From the NCBI GenBank assembly GCA_030141605.1, contig JAQGDQ010000305.1:186001-250000 (forward strand): a stretch of 64,000 bases of DNA, read 5' to 3'. The position numbers were made by a program, and so were the translations under genes. The stretch comes from Tubiluchus corallicola (taxonomy: Eukaryota > Animalia > Priapulida). The notes beneath the pieces were generated by a model. It was not told the DNA's origin. It did no database searches and was given only the letters and a program-made list of their open reading frames with translations. Every line of letters starts with the position of its first letter. Position 1 is the first letter of the stretch. Below are positions 13,150 through 27,300 of this stretch, in pieces.

Positions 13150-14940
13150 CGTATATACTTTATTTGCAATAAAATACATTACAATAAAATCACAATCCTC
13201 GGTGTTGAAAATATTTTCAATACTAAACACTGTTAACGGTAAATGCGTCCGACGATAATAACATAGTAAAAAAGCCGTGACGCAGACTAGCTTTAAATTA
13301 AGTTTAGAGTAATGTCTAAAAAAAGTTACCTAAGTCTCTAAAACAAGTGTCTAAAAACGATGCTAGGCCTATATGAACTTAAAGACCTATATGGTCTTTA
13401 AAGACTTTTGTTAGTATGTTTTCAATCTTTGATTTTAGGACTGGACGTGTTCACTTTTGCTTGGTAATGCAGTAGTAAACCTATTATGATACTGAACTTT
13501 AGCCGATTCTGCATAATACAAATAGCTTCAGTCAAATGGCTCTATCGGGTTCGAAGCGGGATATGTTCGCTGTGGGTCTTTAATTACCGGCGTTGTCAGA
13601 AGACCAGGTTTCTCAACTATGTCTGAATAGCTGGTATTGTGAAATGTATCAATGCGTAAACTAAACGAGCAATTTTGGCGCGAGACTACGGGATCTTGTT
13701 GGTGTGGTTTGCATGGGATATTGGCTTGCGTTTTGTTTTCACGTACCAACGCTTAGGGTCATAGCGTAAACATGAGTTCAGCCGTTCTGCTAATTTTGAA
13801 ACTCCAGCACGACTTAAATGCAGACCGTCCCTTCGGCTAAAAATGACTTTGAATGTTACACAATACATAGTCCTCTTTGTTAGTTAAATAGATTGTGTCA
13901 TTATTAAAAGAGCATATAAACTCATTTATCAGAAAGACATTACCAGGCACAGTTATCTGTAATTGTGATAATGTCTCTAACTGCTGATTCCTTGTCAATT
14001 TGCTGTCTGCTTTTTGCACTAATTGTCTTATGTCATTTACACCATAAGCGATGTCACGTTTTAAGTTTCATGGCTGGATAATGGTTTAACACTTCTGTGT
14101 TTAACTCTTCCAATGTTAAGCCTCTGTAAGAGTGTACCTGGGCGTTTTTTCGATGTCTGTTGGGTTTAAGTGTACGGTTCTTAAGTCTCCGGGACTAGCG
14201 CTTGGGTGTTTGTACGCTTTTGTGATTTTTTTCTTTTTTCTTTTCAGCTTCACAGTTGTTGTGGTACTGCAGGATTCCCTTTCCTGTAAAGTTTCATCTT
14301 GCGTTGGAAGGTTTGACGAGGAGGTGTCTCCATTCCCAAGTAAAGCCTGATTCGCCTCATCTGTATGACAAGAAAATTTGGAGGAGCTAGCAGTAGCATG
14401 GTTGTTTGAATTTTGAGTTCGTTTTGAGAATTTTGTAGCTCAGAGAGTTCTGCAGATAATTTACGAACCTTTTCGATGAGAGTTAACTGGCTCTTTGTAG
14501 TTGGCATCTAGTTTTGATTCAAAGCGCTGAATTGCTTCTTTACTCTCCTTTTCGTCGTATTTGGCTTTTATTTGCAAGGTAGCTAACATTTGCTTGTAGC
14601 GTACGTTATCTGGATAGCCAAGGAACACGAAGTCGAGAAACATTATTTGTCGTCTTGTGTACATTATTTTCCCATATTTGTCGTTTGCCAACGTTTTTTG
14701 AAGCACCTTTCACACATGGCAAAACATAGTTGATTTTTATTCATTGGATTTTTCGCGCTTTTACATAGAGTGCAACTTTTCCTTGTCATTCAAGTGCATC
14801 TTTAAAATATTTCTTGTTCGAGCTTGTAACTTTCGTAACTATGTGTAACTTAGTACAGCCTAGGTATCGCGGCATAATCGTGGCCTGGTGTAATTAGCAG
14901 CCGAAGCACGAGATAAATGTGCACCGGACAACTGACAACT
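13150..14940 (-). mobile_element. Degenerate CR1/L2-type ORF1 (coiled-coil + SGNH esterase) element, no ORF2
   Basis: Frameshifted segments include a coiled-coil (LIEKVRKLSAELSELQNSQNELK), SGNH block III IAYGVNDI (~14030-14055) and block V DGLHLSRAGVSKLA (~13790-13830). AATAAAG lies on the - strand at ~13158-13164. Element ends are approximate. Confidence 0.7.
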
Positions 14941-16582
14941 CATCACAAATCAATAACAAAACATAATAATAATAATAAACAAATAACATAACAAAAAAGA
15001 GCTAGTTTTTAGATAACAGGAACAAAAGCACGGTTTTAGATGGGACATTCACCATTTAATAGAGGAGTAAACTTTAGTTTAGGATAAGCAAGCGAAAAAC
15101 TTTCCAAGACTACTATTGAATCATTCATTATTGAAAAACACTAGGTCAAACTTTGCGTCCTGAACACCACAAAAAACGTTTGCCTCTGTAAAATGAGACT
15201 TTACGGGGTCAGTAAAGAAATGTTCATTGGTGGAGACTGTCTATAAAACTTTACTAGGAGCGAATCCTTTTCCGGGCATCGAGTATTCAAGAGCTCGAAG
15301 TCGAGTGTCCTAGCAACGTTCGAAGGACATTTTAAACCTTACCTGTGTAAACTCTGCAACCGCTTATAAGATTTATACAAAAATTGGTCGTTCGAGTAGA
15401 AGACGACAGATCAAATTTGTCGTTACATATTGACGAAAAATGCAAAAATAGCAAAACATTTATTGCGAAGTCCGCGACTTCTTTTCTTTTTCCTTGAAAC
15501 CCTACCGGGATCAGTTCGTTAAAATGATATTTTTTGAGATTCGCATTCTACAGAGACAAAAACAAGAATGGACAAGTGGCAGAAATGATTTGTGAACACA
15601 GTTTAACACTCTCACCAGAATTCTTGCGTTATTAGAAACCAATATCTAACCACAAATGGTTATAGAATAATGCGGAGTTTAAACTCCTATGCTATCTACA
15701 GTTACTATTACACTAATCCTACCGTGTATCATGAATCAGGAAAAGTATCAAACACAGAATTATAGTACTATGATTTCTAGACACGTTTATATGCATATCA
15801 CTAACAGTACCACGCAACTCTGAGTACTCTCTCCTTATATGCTCTTCATGTATATGCCTATTATGCTGTCTCCTGACGTTTAAATTGGCAGCAAATGTGC
15901 TAGCAACATCCGTTTTTTATTGATCATTATTATAAGCTCAGTACTAGTTTGCAGTCAACCTTATCCTCTTCTGTGGTGCAATGGTCTTAATTAGCAGGTT
16001 GGTCAACACGCCCAGAACTGCCTTTGCGTACGAGTTTGTCTACACTTTTTATGTTTAAAAATTGGCTGTACTTAACGTCTCTTACACTTCTTATTCTCTC
16101 ATTCTTATAGTGTTTCACGCTCGCATCCATGATTCGTTCATTTCTGCTCCTATTTTCTTACTCATTTTTAATCATTCGATTATTCATTCCCTCGTTCATT
16201 CCTTTCTTCGTTCATTTACCCATTCGTTCGTTCGTTCGTTCGTTCGTTCATTCATTCATTTAAATTAAGTTAAAACTTAAAAGTTGTGTAAAATTGACTA
16301 ATATCAATATCCGTTAAGATCACAATCAGGCAATTAGGTTGTAGAATTAAAATGATACAGTGAATAGACAAAAAAATTAAAGCTCAAAAAATATTGATCG
16401 TTGTGTATAAAAATTATGGTATATAAGATTAAATTTGTACAGCATGCTAAAACATAATATAAACCTAAAAGAAAATCTAAAAGTAACCTAAAGTCTATAA
16501 TGATAATATAAAAATACCACAGTAAAGATCAAATTTATAATACTGTTCTAAAACGCAATTAAAACGCTAAAAGTTCTGATAT

Positions 16583-16751
16583 TTCTTGAAATGGAATTTA
16601 TTGCCGACCGGTATCGAGCATCTAAACAAAGAAATTTACCAGAATTAAGAAACAACTTCGATTACAATTCCAATACAAATGAATTGTACTTCAAAGTTTT
16701 AATGATCAGTTTTATTTGAAACCGGTCGGAAATAAATTTCATTTTCAAGAA
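16583..16751. mobile_element. Small MITE-like inverted-repeat element
   Basis: Left arm ttcttgaaatggaatttattgccgaccggt vs right-arm reverse complement ttcttgaaaatgaaatttatttccgaccggt. Confidence 0.65.
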
Positions 16752-16859
16752 GTTATGCTTATTTGCCAAATATGGATAATTCAATTCTGAAATTCATCTA
16801 AAATTTATAATGGTTATTTAAAAACACTATGTACAAATAATTTAAGATTGTTTGTTTCA

Positions 16860-17052
16860 AAGTAGTTTAATTCTGCCGCGAGTTTTGCGGACTTCAGGCT
16901 AACTGTTAGCTCCCACTTACTGTCGGAGAGAACTCTCAGCAACTGTCGGAAATTGGCAAAACCTACTGAGAGAACTCGCAAAGGTGTTTACCCGCGAGTT
17001 TATTCTCAAAGAGAAAACTCTCGACAGAAATCTCTCTAGTCTAAATGCACCG
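16860..17052. mobile_element. PIF/Harbinger-like MITE arm (one end only)
   Basis: Ends in ctagtctaaatgcacc (GGTGCATTTAGAC-type TIR), with internal gagaactc/tgtcgga repeats; partner TIR not seen. Confidence 0.35.
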
Positions 17053-17900
17053 TTATATTAACATTGACACTGTTGTATAATTATGCTCGAGAATACTGCT
17101 GTTTTTTCCTTACGTACTCGGTTGTTTTTGTTTTTAATTATAAAAGTTGCACTCCTTCCAAATTCTCTTGTGTTATGTTGTGTAATAATTTTATCAAATC
17201 TTTGCTATAATTTGGCTGGCGCTGAATCAGCTGTTACAATTCGATGTGCTAACAGTTGTTCTAAAATTTATATATTTTTCAGTACATAAATTAAATATAG
17301 ATTAAATACAGAAAAAACAGGCTCGATAGGAATTACCTTAGCCTGTTCTAATCTTTCTTCTGCATTGTCTCGTTCAGAATTATTTTTACCGATTTGTTCG
17401 TTACATTACCATCCTTTCAAATATTGTTTGTAGTAGCGACTGTTTCCCTATATTGTACAACAATTTGTCAAGTAGAGTAGTACTATGGCACTTTGCATAA
17501 ATTACAGGTACTCGTTCGATTACTTATTTATTCATTTATTTATCAGCTTATACTTATTCACTTATTTATTCATTCATCAATCTATGTATCTATTCATTCA
17601 GTTATCAGTTATTCTGACTCAGTCAGTCAGTGAATCAGACAATCAGTCAGTTAGTCAGTCCATCAACCAGTTAATCAATCAAACTCAAGCAAAGTTTCGC
17701 AAATATTATTAGAGCGTTAAGAATCGTCGTCTTTTTGCATTTCCAAGTCGTATCACGTAGAAATGTAATTTCTGTGTTTTATTTTAAACAATTATGATAA
17801 TTCATCCGTATGCTATATAGTATGTACCGTGTTAAACGATGGTTTTGTCAATTTTCATGAAAAAAAAATCAATTTGGTCTTAAACTTTTGCAAATGATTG

Positions 17901-17939
<39 letters not shown>

Positions 17940-18326
17940 AAGCCATAAGCCTCTAGTTTTACAAAGTTATTATAATTATTGTTACATTTTGTTTGTAAAA
18001 ACACTTACAAACTTACAAGTTGCAAGGATCAACGGTTTAAAAATAACATAACGATCTTGTTCTTGTAAAACAGATTTATTAGTAGTCTAAAATATCCAAC
18101 TAAAATTAGATTAAATAAGCAATACTTTAATTAAGTGAAGGGAGTAAAACATCATAGTTATGGTAGTTTTCTTTCCAGACTGTTCATCACAATTATAATC
18201 TCATTCTCCATTTTTACTTGCTTGTAAAGTATTATTAAAGCACTATGGTCAGACGATAGGAATAAATTTATGGTCAGAACAAGTCTCTTAAGTATTCAAC
18301 GTTGGGCGTTTTACACTTATCTCAAA

Positions 18327-21300
18327 ATGGCCGAAAAACAAACTAGTAAGGTGGTTGCTGAGCACGACGATCATGAAATCAAACCTGAAAATTCCACTAG
18401 TAGTTGTAAAGAAACTGCTGCACATGGTCTGTATTCTTGTAGCAATTGATCAGAATTCTTTTCCGCGTGGATTCTGTTTTGTGAGAGTAATAACTAATAA
18501 GTCACTCATTTGCAAATACAAGTGTAAATAGTTTTAATAACAGCGTGTGTACTAATACTACAAAGTTAAAAGTGAAAGAGAGTATAAAAACCGGTTCATA
18601 TAAACAAGAAAGCAAAAAGTGCAACCGTGGCTCATCAAGAAAACTAAACCCTAATAAAAATGTAAAACTGTTGTTTTCAAATGTAGACTGCTTAAGAAAT
18701 AAAGTGCAGGAAATTAAAATGAGGTTACTGGAATTAAAACCTGACGTGATCTTCTTGTCTGAGATAAACCCGAAAAATGTTAGATATTCTTCACAACAGT
18801 CTGAATGATCCTGCCAGAATATGATATGTTCAGCAATTTGGATTAAAGAGGCATCGTCCTTTACGTGAGATCTACTTTGGCACCAGTCCAAGTTATGAAC
18901 TTATCAAATATTTTCACCTCCTTGTTGTGGGCTAAGATTTTTCTGCTAAATGGTAAAGAAATTTTGCTTGGAGGCATATACCGAAGTCCATAATATGGTC
19001 ATAAGGAAAATGGAAACCTGTTGAGATTGCTGGTACAGTTAGACAGACGAAAGTTGTGTGTGGAGATTTCAATTTTAGTAAGATAAACTGGAGTACACGA
19101 AGTGCTTCTACACCAGAAGTTAGTTTAGAGAATAAATTTTTGTATGCTGTATGTGATGGATATATGGAACAACTAGTAACTTTTCCAACTAGATATAGGG
19201 TTGACCTGAATCCTACTTTATTGGACTTATTGATTGTTAATAATCCACACATTCTATCAAACCTGCAGTCACATTCGCCAATTGGTAAAAGTGACCATCG
19301 AGTTATATCATGTAGCATCGAGGTTCCCTGGAAAGTAAAAATTACTAATCAAAAGAAATATAATTTTTACAAAGCAGATCATACAGCTATAAGAAATTAC
19401 TTAAATTCACAAGATTGAGATGTAATTTTTCGAGATAAAGATTTTTTGCCTGCAGCAGCGCATTCGAGGAAACATTGCATTTAGTAACAGATTTGTATGT
19501 ACCAGTGCAAAATCAAGGTAACCGTCAAAACCAAAGTGGTTCAATAATGAAATAAAATTCAAACTTAAGCACAAGAAAGCTGCATGGAGAAAGTATCGAA
19601 GGACAGCTCCTCGTGCCAATTATGAACAATACATTCGAACTAGAAATGATGTTACAACGTCAGTTAGAACAATGAGAAAAAACTTTGAGCAAACATTGTT
19701 GGAAGAATGTGGAAGTAATCCTAAAGCATTCTGGGCATATGTAAATTCTAACTTAATGAAAAAAGAAGGAGTGAGACCCTTAAAAAGAGAAGATGGTAGT
19801 ATTGGCACTACTGATCAAGATAAGGCTAATAAACTACAGAATTTTTTCACATCTGTTTACACAAATGAAGATAAAGCCAAGTTCCTCAATTACTACCAGT
19901 AACTGAACATAAACTTGATGTATGTAGCATCAGTAAATTAGAGCTTAGTACAAAAGTTAAAAAATGAAGGCTAATAAATCTATGGGCCCTGATGGAATCC
20001 GTGCAAGCATAATTAAGAATAATGAAGATATTCTTATCAGTCTCATGCTACAAATAATAAACCAAAGTTTATCCAGTAGTATATTACCACCGAGCTGAAA
20101 AATGGCCAGAGTTTCTGCTATCCACAAGAAAGGTGAAAGAGACTTAGCAAAAAAATTACAGACCTATCAATCTGACATCAGTTGTTTGTAAATTGCTAGA
20201 AGGAATACCAAGGGATAAAATCATATGGAAAATATATAGAAATATATATCACACTAAAATATATGGAAAAGCATGCTGCCTGGATAATTTGGAGGTCATG
20301 CAGAATAATATTAACTATGCTGACCAATGGTGTCGCCAATGGCAAATGGAATTTAACACCAAAAAATGTAAGCTCCTGACTTTTGGGAGGCATAATATTA
20401 CAAGTCGCACATATAAAATGGCACATGGTGTCGGAAAATCCGCTTTAAAACAAGCCTGGCTTCTTTGGTGGCCTTACAATATTATTTAGATTGTATGCTT
20501 CATTCATGCATGTGTCACCATGCGTTTAGTTAACTTTGCCTATAAAAATGAAGTTTCACCACTGGTCGGTGACCACCTATCAGCAGGTACCACAAAACGG
20601 TGGTCCCCCTTTTCTTGTTTTTTATATAGGCCTGTATGTGAGATTATTCATTTAAAGTGCTGTGAATTATGTGACTTTGTTATGATTTGTAACTTAATTT
20701 GAAATATAAAGTGTAACAGTTAAATTTGAATTTTGTTAATAAAGTGTGTTATTAGTGTGGCCACAATTTATACAAATCGTTATGTTTCTCTAATGACTAT
20801 TTTTGACTGGATTATTTTCTTTAATAAAGCTATTTGGCATCAAATTCAATTTTTTCGATACATGGACAAAGTTATAGAGAAATTATAAGCGTCACTGAAG
20901 AAAAAGATCTGGGTATCACCATCGACATTATGCTGAAATTTCAAACACATATAAATAACGTTGTTAACAAAGCACATGGAAGACTGACCTCAATCAAGTG
21001 TACCTTTTCTTATTTTGATGGATCTATGATGACTAAGCTATACAGGTCAATGGTTCGCCCTATATTGGATTACGGTGATGTGATATGGAGCCCAAGTCGT
21101 CAAGACATGATAAGGAAAATTGAAAGTATGCAACGTCGAGCTACTAGACTCATAGCTACAGTTTCTCATTTATCATGTGCTGCAAGACTTAAGAATCTGG
21201 GGCCTTACCACTCTGAAGTATAGATGCAAAAGACAAGACTTAATTCAAACATTTCAGATCCTTAAAGGTACAGAAACCATCAACAGCAAAATATTTTTCC

Positions 21301-24300
21301 ATCGACAGACATATCATGGTACCAGAGGTCACTACTACAAAATTACGAAGAGAACAGTTCTCCAAAGGTGTAGAAGAAAGAGGTTGAGATTTGCAAGACG
21401 AGTAATTTTAACTGAATGGAAATGTTCCATTAAAATGAATAGCCTGACACTGTAGTTCAAGCCTCCAATCCTGCCCAGTTTAAGATTCATCTTGATAGAC
21501 ATTGGAAATGCAATCCAGAAAAATATATAGATCCCAGATTGCCACAATAGCTACAGGAAATCTTGCGCCACACTTCATGATCGCAATGTGGCCACCTATT
21601 TTCTTCATTTTTATTTTTAATAAAGTAAACAAGAAAGAGTGGATAGGACCATAAACTGTTTATGCTTAACCTCTATTCTTCGACAGTAACGGTAATAAGT
21701 GCATAACTAACACTAAGTGCATCCTACTTTGTGGTTTTTAATTTTTGATAAAAAGTCTAAGAAGATTTAAAAACAAATTTTTCCAAAACGTAGTTTACAG
21801 GTGTGTTTGTTTAAGTGTAGCAGTTTGTTTAACATAGATTCATTAATTCTGTTGATTAAGTATATTGAAAACTATGTTGTCAAAAACATTCATAGATTCA
21901 TTTTTGTTTTCCAGCTCAAGCAGATAAGAGTTTATCTAATAGGCAAGAAGAGTCTGTAGTAACTACTGATAAAGAAGAGAGCAATGATGACGAAGTTGAC
22001 AGTGGTATGGGTTATAAGTGGATAATAGAAGCATCATTAAGATTTCGATCAATTTTTTATTCATATATGGTGCATAACCTTTTGCTAGGGGTACAACGAG
22101 TAGCAGTACAGAACAATTTATTGCATGAAAGGAATGCTGAAACAATAGAGAGTCTATCGCGTTCTTAAAGTTTTTTCATTACTAATTCTTATGGCCTATT
22201 ATCAGTTATTACTATTTTAAGAATTGCTATAAATTTATGTACTTTGTGATGTAAAGGTAGCTGTTGTTTATCTTGCAAAATAAATTGAATTGAAATTGAA
22301 AAAAAGGTTTTTGTGTGACAACCCCACGCATATTGCACAGCGTGAAATCTTGAGGAGTATGGTCAAAGGCAGTGACCTGAAATCTCTGGGATTAATTTTT
22401 TTAATTGAGCAATATTTCCTGGTAAATCACTGCACCTCAACTCTGCCAAAAACCTTGGAGTTATCATGAAGCAAGAAAGAACAGAGTGGACAGTAACATT
22501 AAAATGATAAAAACGTGCCATTTATCTATATTCAACAGATGAATTTGTGAGACCTGCAAGATGTGTAGGAGGATCTTAAGTCCTTTGAGTCATCTATTCT
22601 AATCACACCTTTCAAGATGTGAGGCTATGCAAAACGTACGAACCTTCTGCACAAAAGTCTGAGGCCATGATAAATTCACTATTGTTTGAACAATATTTTC
22701 GATGCTATTATTATTCTGTGCTATTACTCCTTATTTTTGTATCTCTCGAGCAAAATGTTATGCACCACCCTATGCTTCACTCTGCTACCAAATCTCAGTA
22801 TCAGATGTCTCTTCATGTGTAGTGTTTATCAGTTTTGGGTATATCTCTGTATTTAGCCAGTTAACCTGGCACCTAGCCTCATGAACTTCTTCCTAAAACG
22901 TATTGTGAAGCCTATAGGAAGCTAGTGATGGATAACAGCTTAAACTAAACATATACCAACATTAATGCATAATTAGTTAAATTTATAGGGGTGGCTAGAC
23001 TAGAAGACCATATGGTTTGTTCGCCATCCCGTCTCTATAACTCTTCATTAAACTATACTGTACATATTGCTAATATAATATTACTAACTCAAAAGAGACA
23101 AATAAATAGAATTTGAATTGAATTGTACTGAATTGACAGGACCTTCGTTTTAATTCATCTCCATGTTGTTTTGCTTATCTACTTAATTATAATGCTTTAG
23201 AATTTTTACTTGTGAGCGCATATGGGTTAATGGCTTGTAGATTTTTTTGCTGAAGTGCTTATGTCAGAATTACCAAAATACAAGAAATTGTTCAAAATTA
23301 TTTCTGAGTGATCCATAGCAAAAATTTAGTATTTGCCATTTAAATTATGTGTTATTTTTTGATGATTTAGTGGAGCAAAAATACATATTTAATAAATATT
23401 TTAGTTGCTGAATATCTACAGCGATTACTTCTGGTAAAGGAGAAAGAAGAATCTCCACTATTGGATGAGCTGACTTTGGACGGTGTAGCCAAATATATGC
23501 TTAGTGAGAAATGTACGTATTTTTTTTTGCATATTCATGATTTTTTGTTGTTCTATTTCATTTATACGCTTCTTCGGGAAATTGGCCTGATATGGCTTCT
23601 AAATTTAATTAATTACATGTAATTGACCAACAACATTAGTATTGTTAATATAGAATTCTTACGTCATTTTCAGGTAAAAATGTAATTGTTATGACTGGAG
23701 CTGGCATATCAACTGGTTAGTATCCAAATTTTTAGTTTATTTCGGTCCAAAGAAGGTGAAATTTTTAAAAAACTAGCAGGAAAGTTGGCGATGTGATCGA
23801 AATTTAATGATGCTTTTCATGGTAACGGCAGCAGTTAGTCAAGGGGAAAAATTTCAGAAATCAGCAAATTTTTACAGGTTTTTTGATAGTTGATTTTATG
23901 CTTTTTGTCCTCAAAGCAGTCAAAGCAGCAGAGTATCGCTTTTTCCAAATTGATTGGTTATTTTCAATAATGAGAATTAACAATTAGGGTCTTATAGTGA
24001 GAAATCATTTTGAATGTATTTAACGTTGTGAATGTTGTCATTCACTGATCTTCTAATCCAAAAGGCTAAATCTGACCTTTAAAATGCTTCTCATTGTAGT
24101 TAATTATAGTTTAGTATCAGTAACGTTTATGTTCTTTTTTTTAACATGCTGTGTATGATACAATAGTAGTTGATTTAAATGACATGGGAACAACAGTAAT
24201 AAACGATTTAGTACTGTTTAGATAATTAATAGGCACATTAAGTTCATAATGTTTTTTGTGCAAGTCTAAATTTGATTTTTTATTTTACCAAGTATATGAT

Positions 24301-27300
24301 ATAAAAACACATAAGTCCAGTGAAAAATACTCTTATTACATATGTGTGCATTTGACTAGACTTAATTAGTATTCGCTATACTTTTCTAGATGCTTACTCA
24401 ATGTTGATTTGGACATGTGTTCACTTTTGTTTTTGTCTGACTTAGCTGCTGGGATTCCAGATTTTAGAAGTCCGGAAACCGGCTTGTATAATAAGTTAGA
24501 GAAGTACAACCTACCGCATCCACAAGCTGTCTTTGAGATTGGTTTCTTTCGGGTAGGTGTTAGAACTTGTGATTTTGTGATTCATAAATCATAATGCTAC
24601 CTATTTGATTAATTTACTTAGTTCAGCTAACTGACAACTCTTATTATGACTGGCTGGCTTGATTTAACCTTTACTTCGAGTCAAGTTTATAGTTGCCCGC
24701 AAATTAAAAACAACAATAAGTACAACATCACACACAGTACACACAATAATAAATTATTCTAGGATGCTCAGCATCAAAAGTGTCACAAAGTCTAATATGA
24801 CAGCTGTTGGCCTTGTCTAACTATAATTCCTATCTAAAAATTTCTTTCACTATTTTCTAATGTCAGAAGGGAAAGTTTAATTAAGGAATTGTATATAAAA
24901 TGTAAGCCATTCATCTTCGTATGTATAACAGTAAAGAACATAACATTATGATTTACTAAAATAGTTATAGCATAGTCAGTTAATTGCCAATTACACACGT
25001 CAACAGAATTCAAATTTAAATTGAAAACGGTGCCAAAATTAATTTGACATAATCGTTGCTATTTAAGGGTGGCTGACTAGATAACCTATGTGTTCTTCGC
25101 TGCCCTTCTCCTTTGTTACATAATGTTGCATGTATTCCTAATACTGTATTTTGTTAATTCTTGAGGAGTTAATAAATAAATTGAATTGAATTGTCTTCAT
25201 ATGAATAATTTTGCACTATGAGCTGCCATAAGTTTAGTTAAACTGTAATTATAAAAATTCTGCTATGCTGCCATGCCAAAATGATTAATGTGGCTAAAAA
25301 ATTAGGGTTTTCCGTTGCTTTCATGCTTTAGCAGCGGCAGCATTGAAGATTTTGTTATCATTTGTTTTTCATTTTAGGAAAATCCGCTTCCATTTTACAC
25401 GCTAGCAAAAGAACTCTATCCTAGCAAGTTTCAGCCAACTTTGTGCCATTACTTTATACGACTACTCCATGAGATGAACATTTTGCTTAGGAACTACACA
25501 CAGGTAACAAACATAAGTGAGATATCTGTAATTTTTATTTCGATTAGATGTTACTTGCAGTTTTATTTTTACTTGTTCTTTTCTTGATTTACCCAATTTT
25601 CTTACTGTTTACCCTCTCACAACTAGGTTATCATAACCGTTTATATTTTGGAGCATTTTCTGCATTACAAAAACATTTCCTTTAAAAGAAGAATTGTCTG
25701 TGAAATTTCATTTTTTGCTGTCATTTTGACATGATGAGTTTCCTTTGTTCACTATACTTTAACCTGGATTTTGTAATTCTATATTTCTGATACTTTATTA
25801 TGTTAAATTTTTAATTGCACCATTTTGTTGTACTAATATCATACTAAAATGGAAATCCCAGTGCTATGTCGAGTTAGAAAAGTCAGAACATTAGTGTCAA
25901 TTATCATTTGTTAGCTGTTACAACATATTTGAATTTGAATTTGAATTGCCCTCTTGGTGGCCTTACGTAAGTCGCGGCTTTCCTAGGTCTCTGCTAAAAC
26001 ATACATGATAAAATGTCATATGCTCATAATTAGATCATGCCTTAAGTAATAAGCTGTACATTGATGTGAATTGTTGTTTAGTCATAATAAATGGATTTGA
26101 TTTGAAAAAATACGAGGGAAAATAAAGAGCTTTGCTAGAAGTGGCATTTCTATCCATTTCCACTGTAAATTCAAAATATGGTAGGAAGTATAATTGTCAA
26201 AGATTTTCGTTATGTAAGTTACAAGTTTGCGAATAATTTTATTTGTTTTCATGAGTGCTTTCACTAATAAGTTTAAATAGGAAAGAAACAATGTTGAAGG
26301 TTTACCTTTTTGATGCTTTAAATTATATGAACTTGATAGTCAGAGTTTGCTTTTAGAATATTGACACTTTGGAGCGGAGAGCGGGCGTACCTGCAGAAAA
26401 GCTAGTGGAAGCTCACGGCACATTTCATACTGCTCACTGTATAGACTGTGGGAAGGAGTTCAGTGAGAACTGGGTGAAAGGTGAAATTAGGGACTAACTT
26501 GTTTGAACCATACTGAACTATTGTAGCATATTTACTTGCTAACATTTCTCTTTTCATTATTGTCACTGCAAGTAGAGTAACAGTAAACAGAGATGCGACA
26601 AAAGCCAAGCCTCTCGGGAAGTTGAGCTTATTTTAATATGTGAGAAACATGCTAGAATGTTCCAGCAGTGAAATTGTGAATATTCGGGCGCATTCATTTT
26701 GAATGAATATATTATGGCATCTTCTGCCAGGTACTTCGGCAATCTTTTTTTGGTTTTCAGAGTGATCTCCGTAAATTAAATAACCTGTCCGGCACCTACT
26801 ACATGCTCGCAAGTTTGCTTGTATATCTGAAAGTACCTGAATTGTGTAAATTAATCTTTTACACATTTATTGTACAATACTTACACATTTTAAAGTATAA
26901 TCCTGTGGATTAAAACTATATAATCACTTTAAATGTGGTCATAATTGACCCAATATAACTAATTTCTACATAAGCACAGTTAAACACTAGAACAATAGAA
27001 CTTCTGAGTGAACTGTAGAAATTTCGCAATGCATACCGTCACTACAGCTTGCTTTTACATCATTCACACTGCCCAGCAGGCAACAGATTGTCATTTTTTT
27101 CAAATATGATGGCAGCAATGTTTTTTTGCAATGAGAAGTATTTAAATTTCTTTTACATTTTTAAACATGCTGCATGTGGTGATATTAATATTTTTAATTG
27201 TGTATTAAAATGCAATAAACTTTGTTCGAGGATTGGCTTTTCCATTAAAAATATATTTTCAAGTGACACTTGCAAACACTACCTTAGTTCACCACACTTG

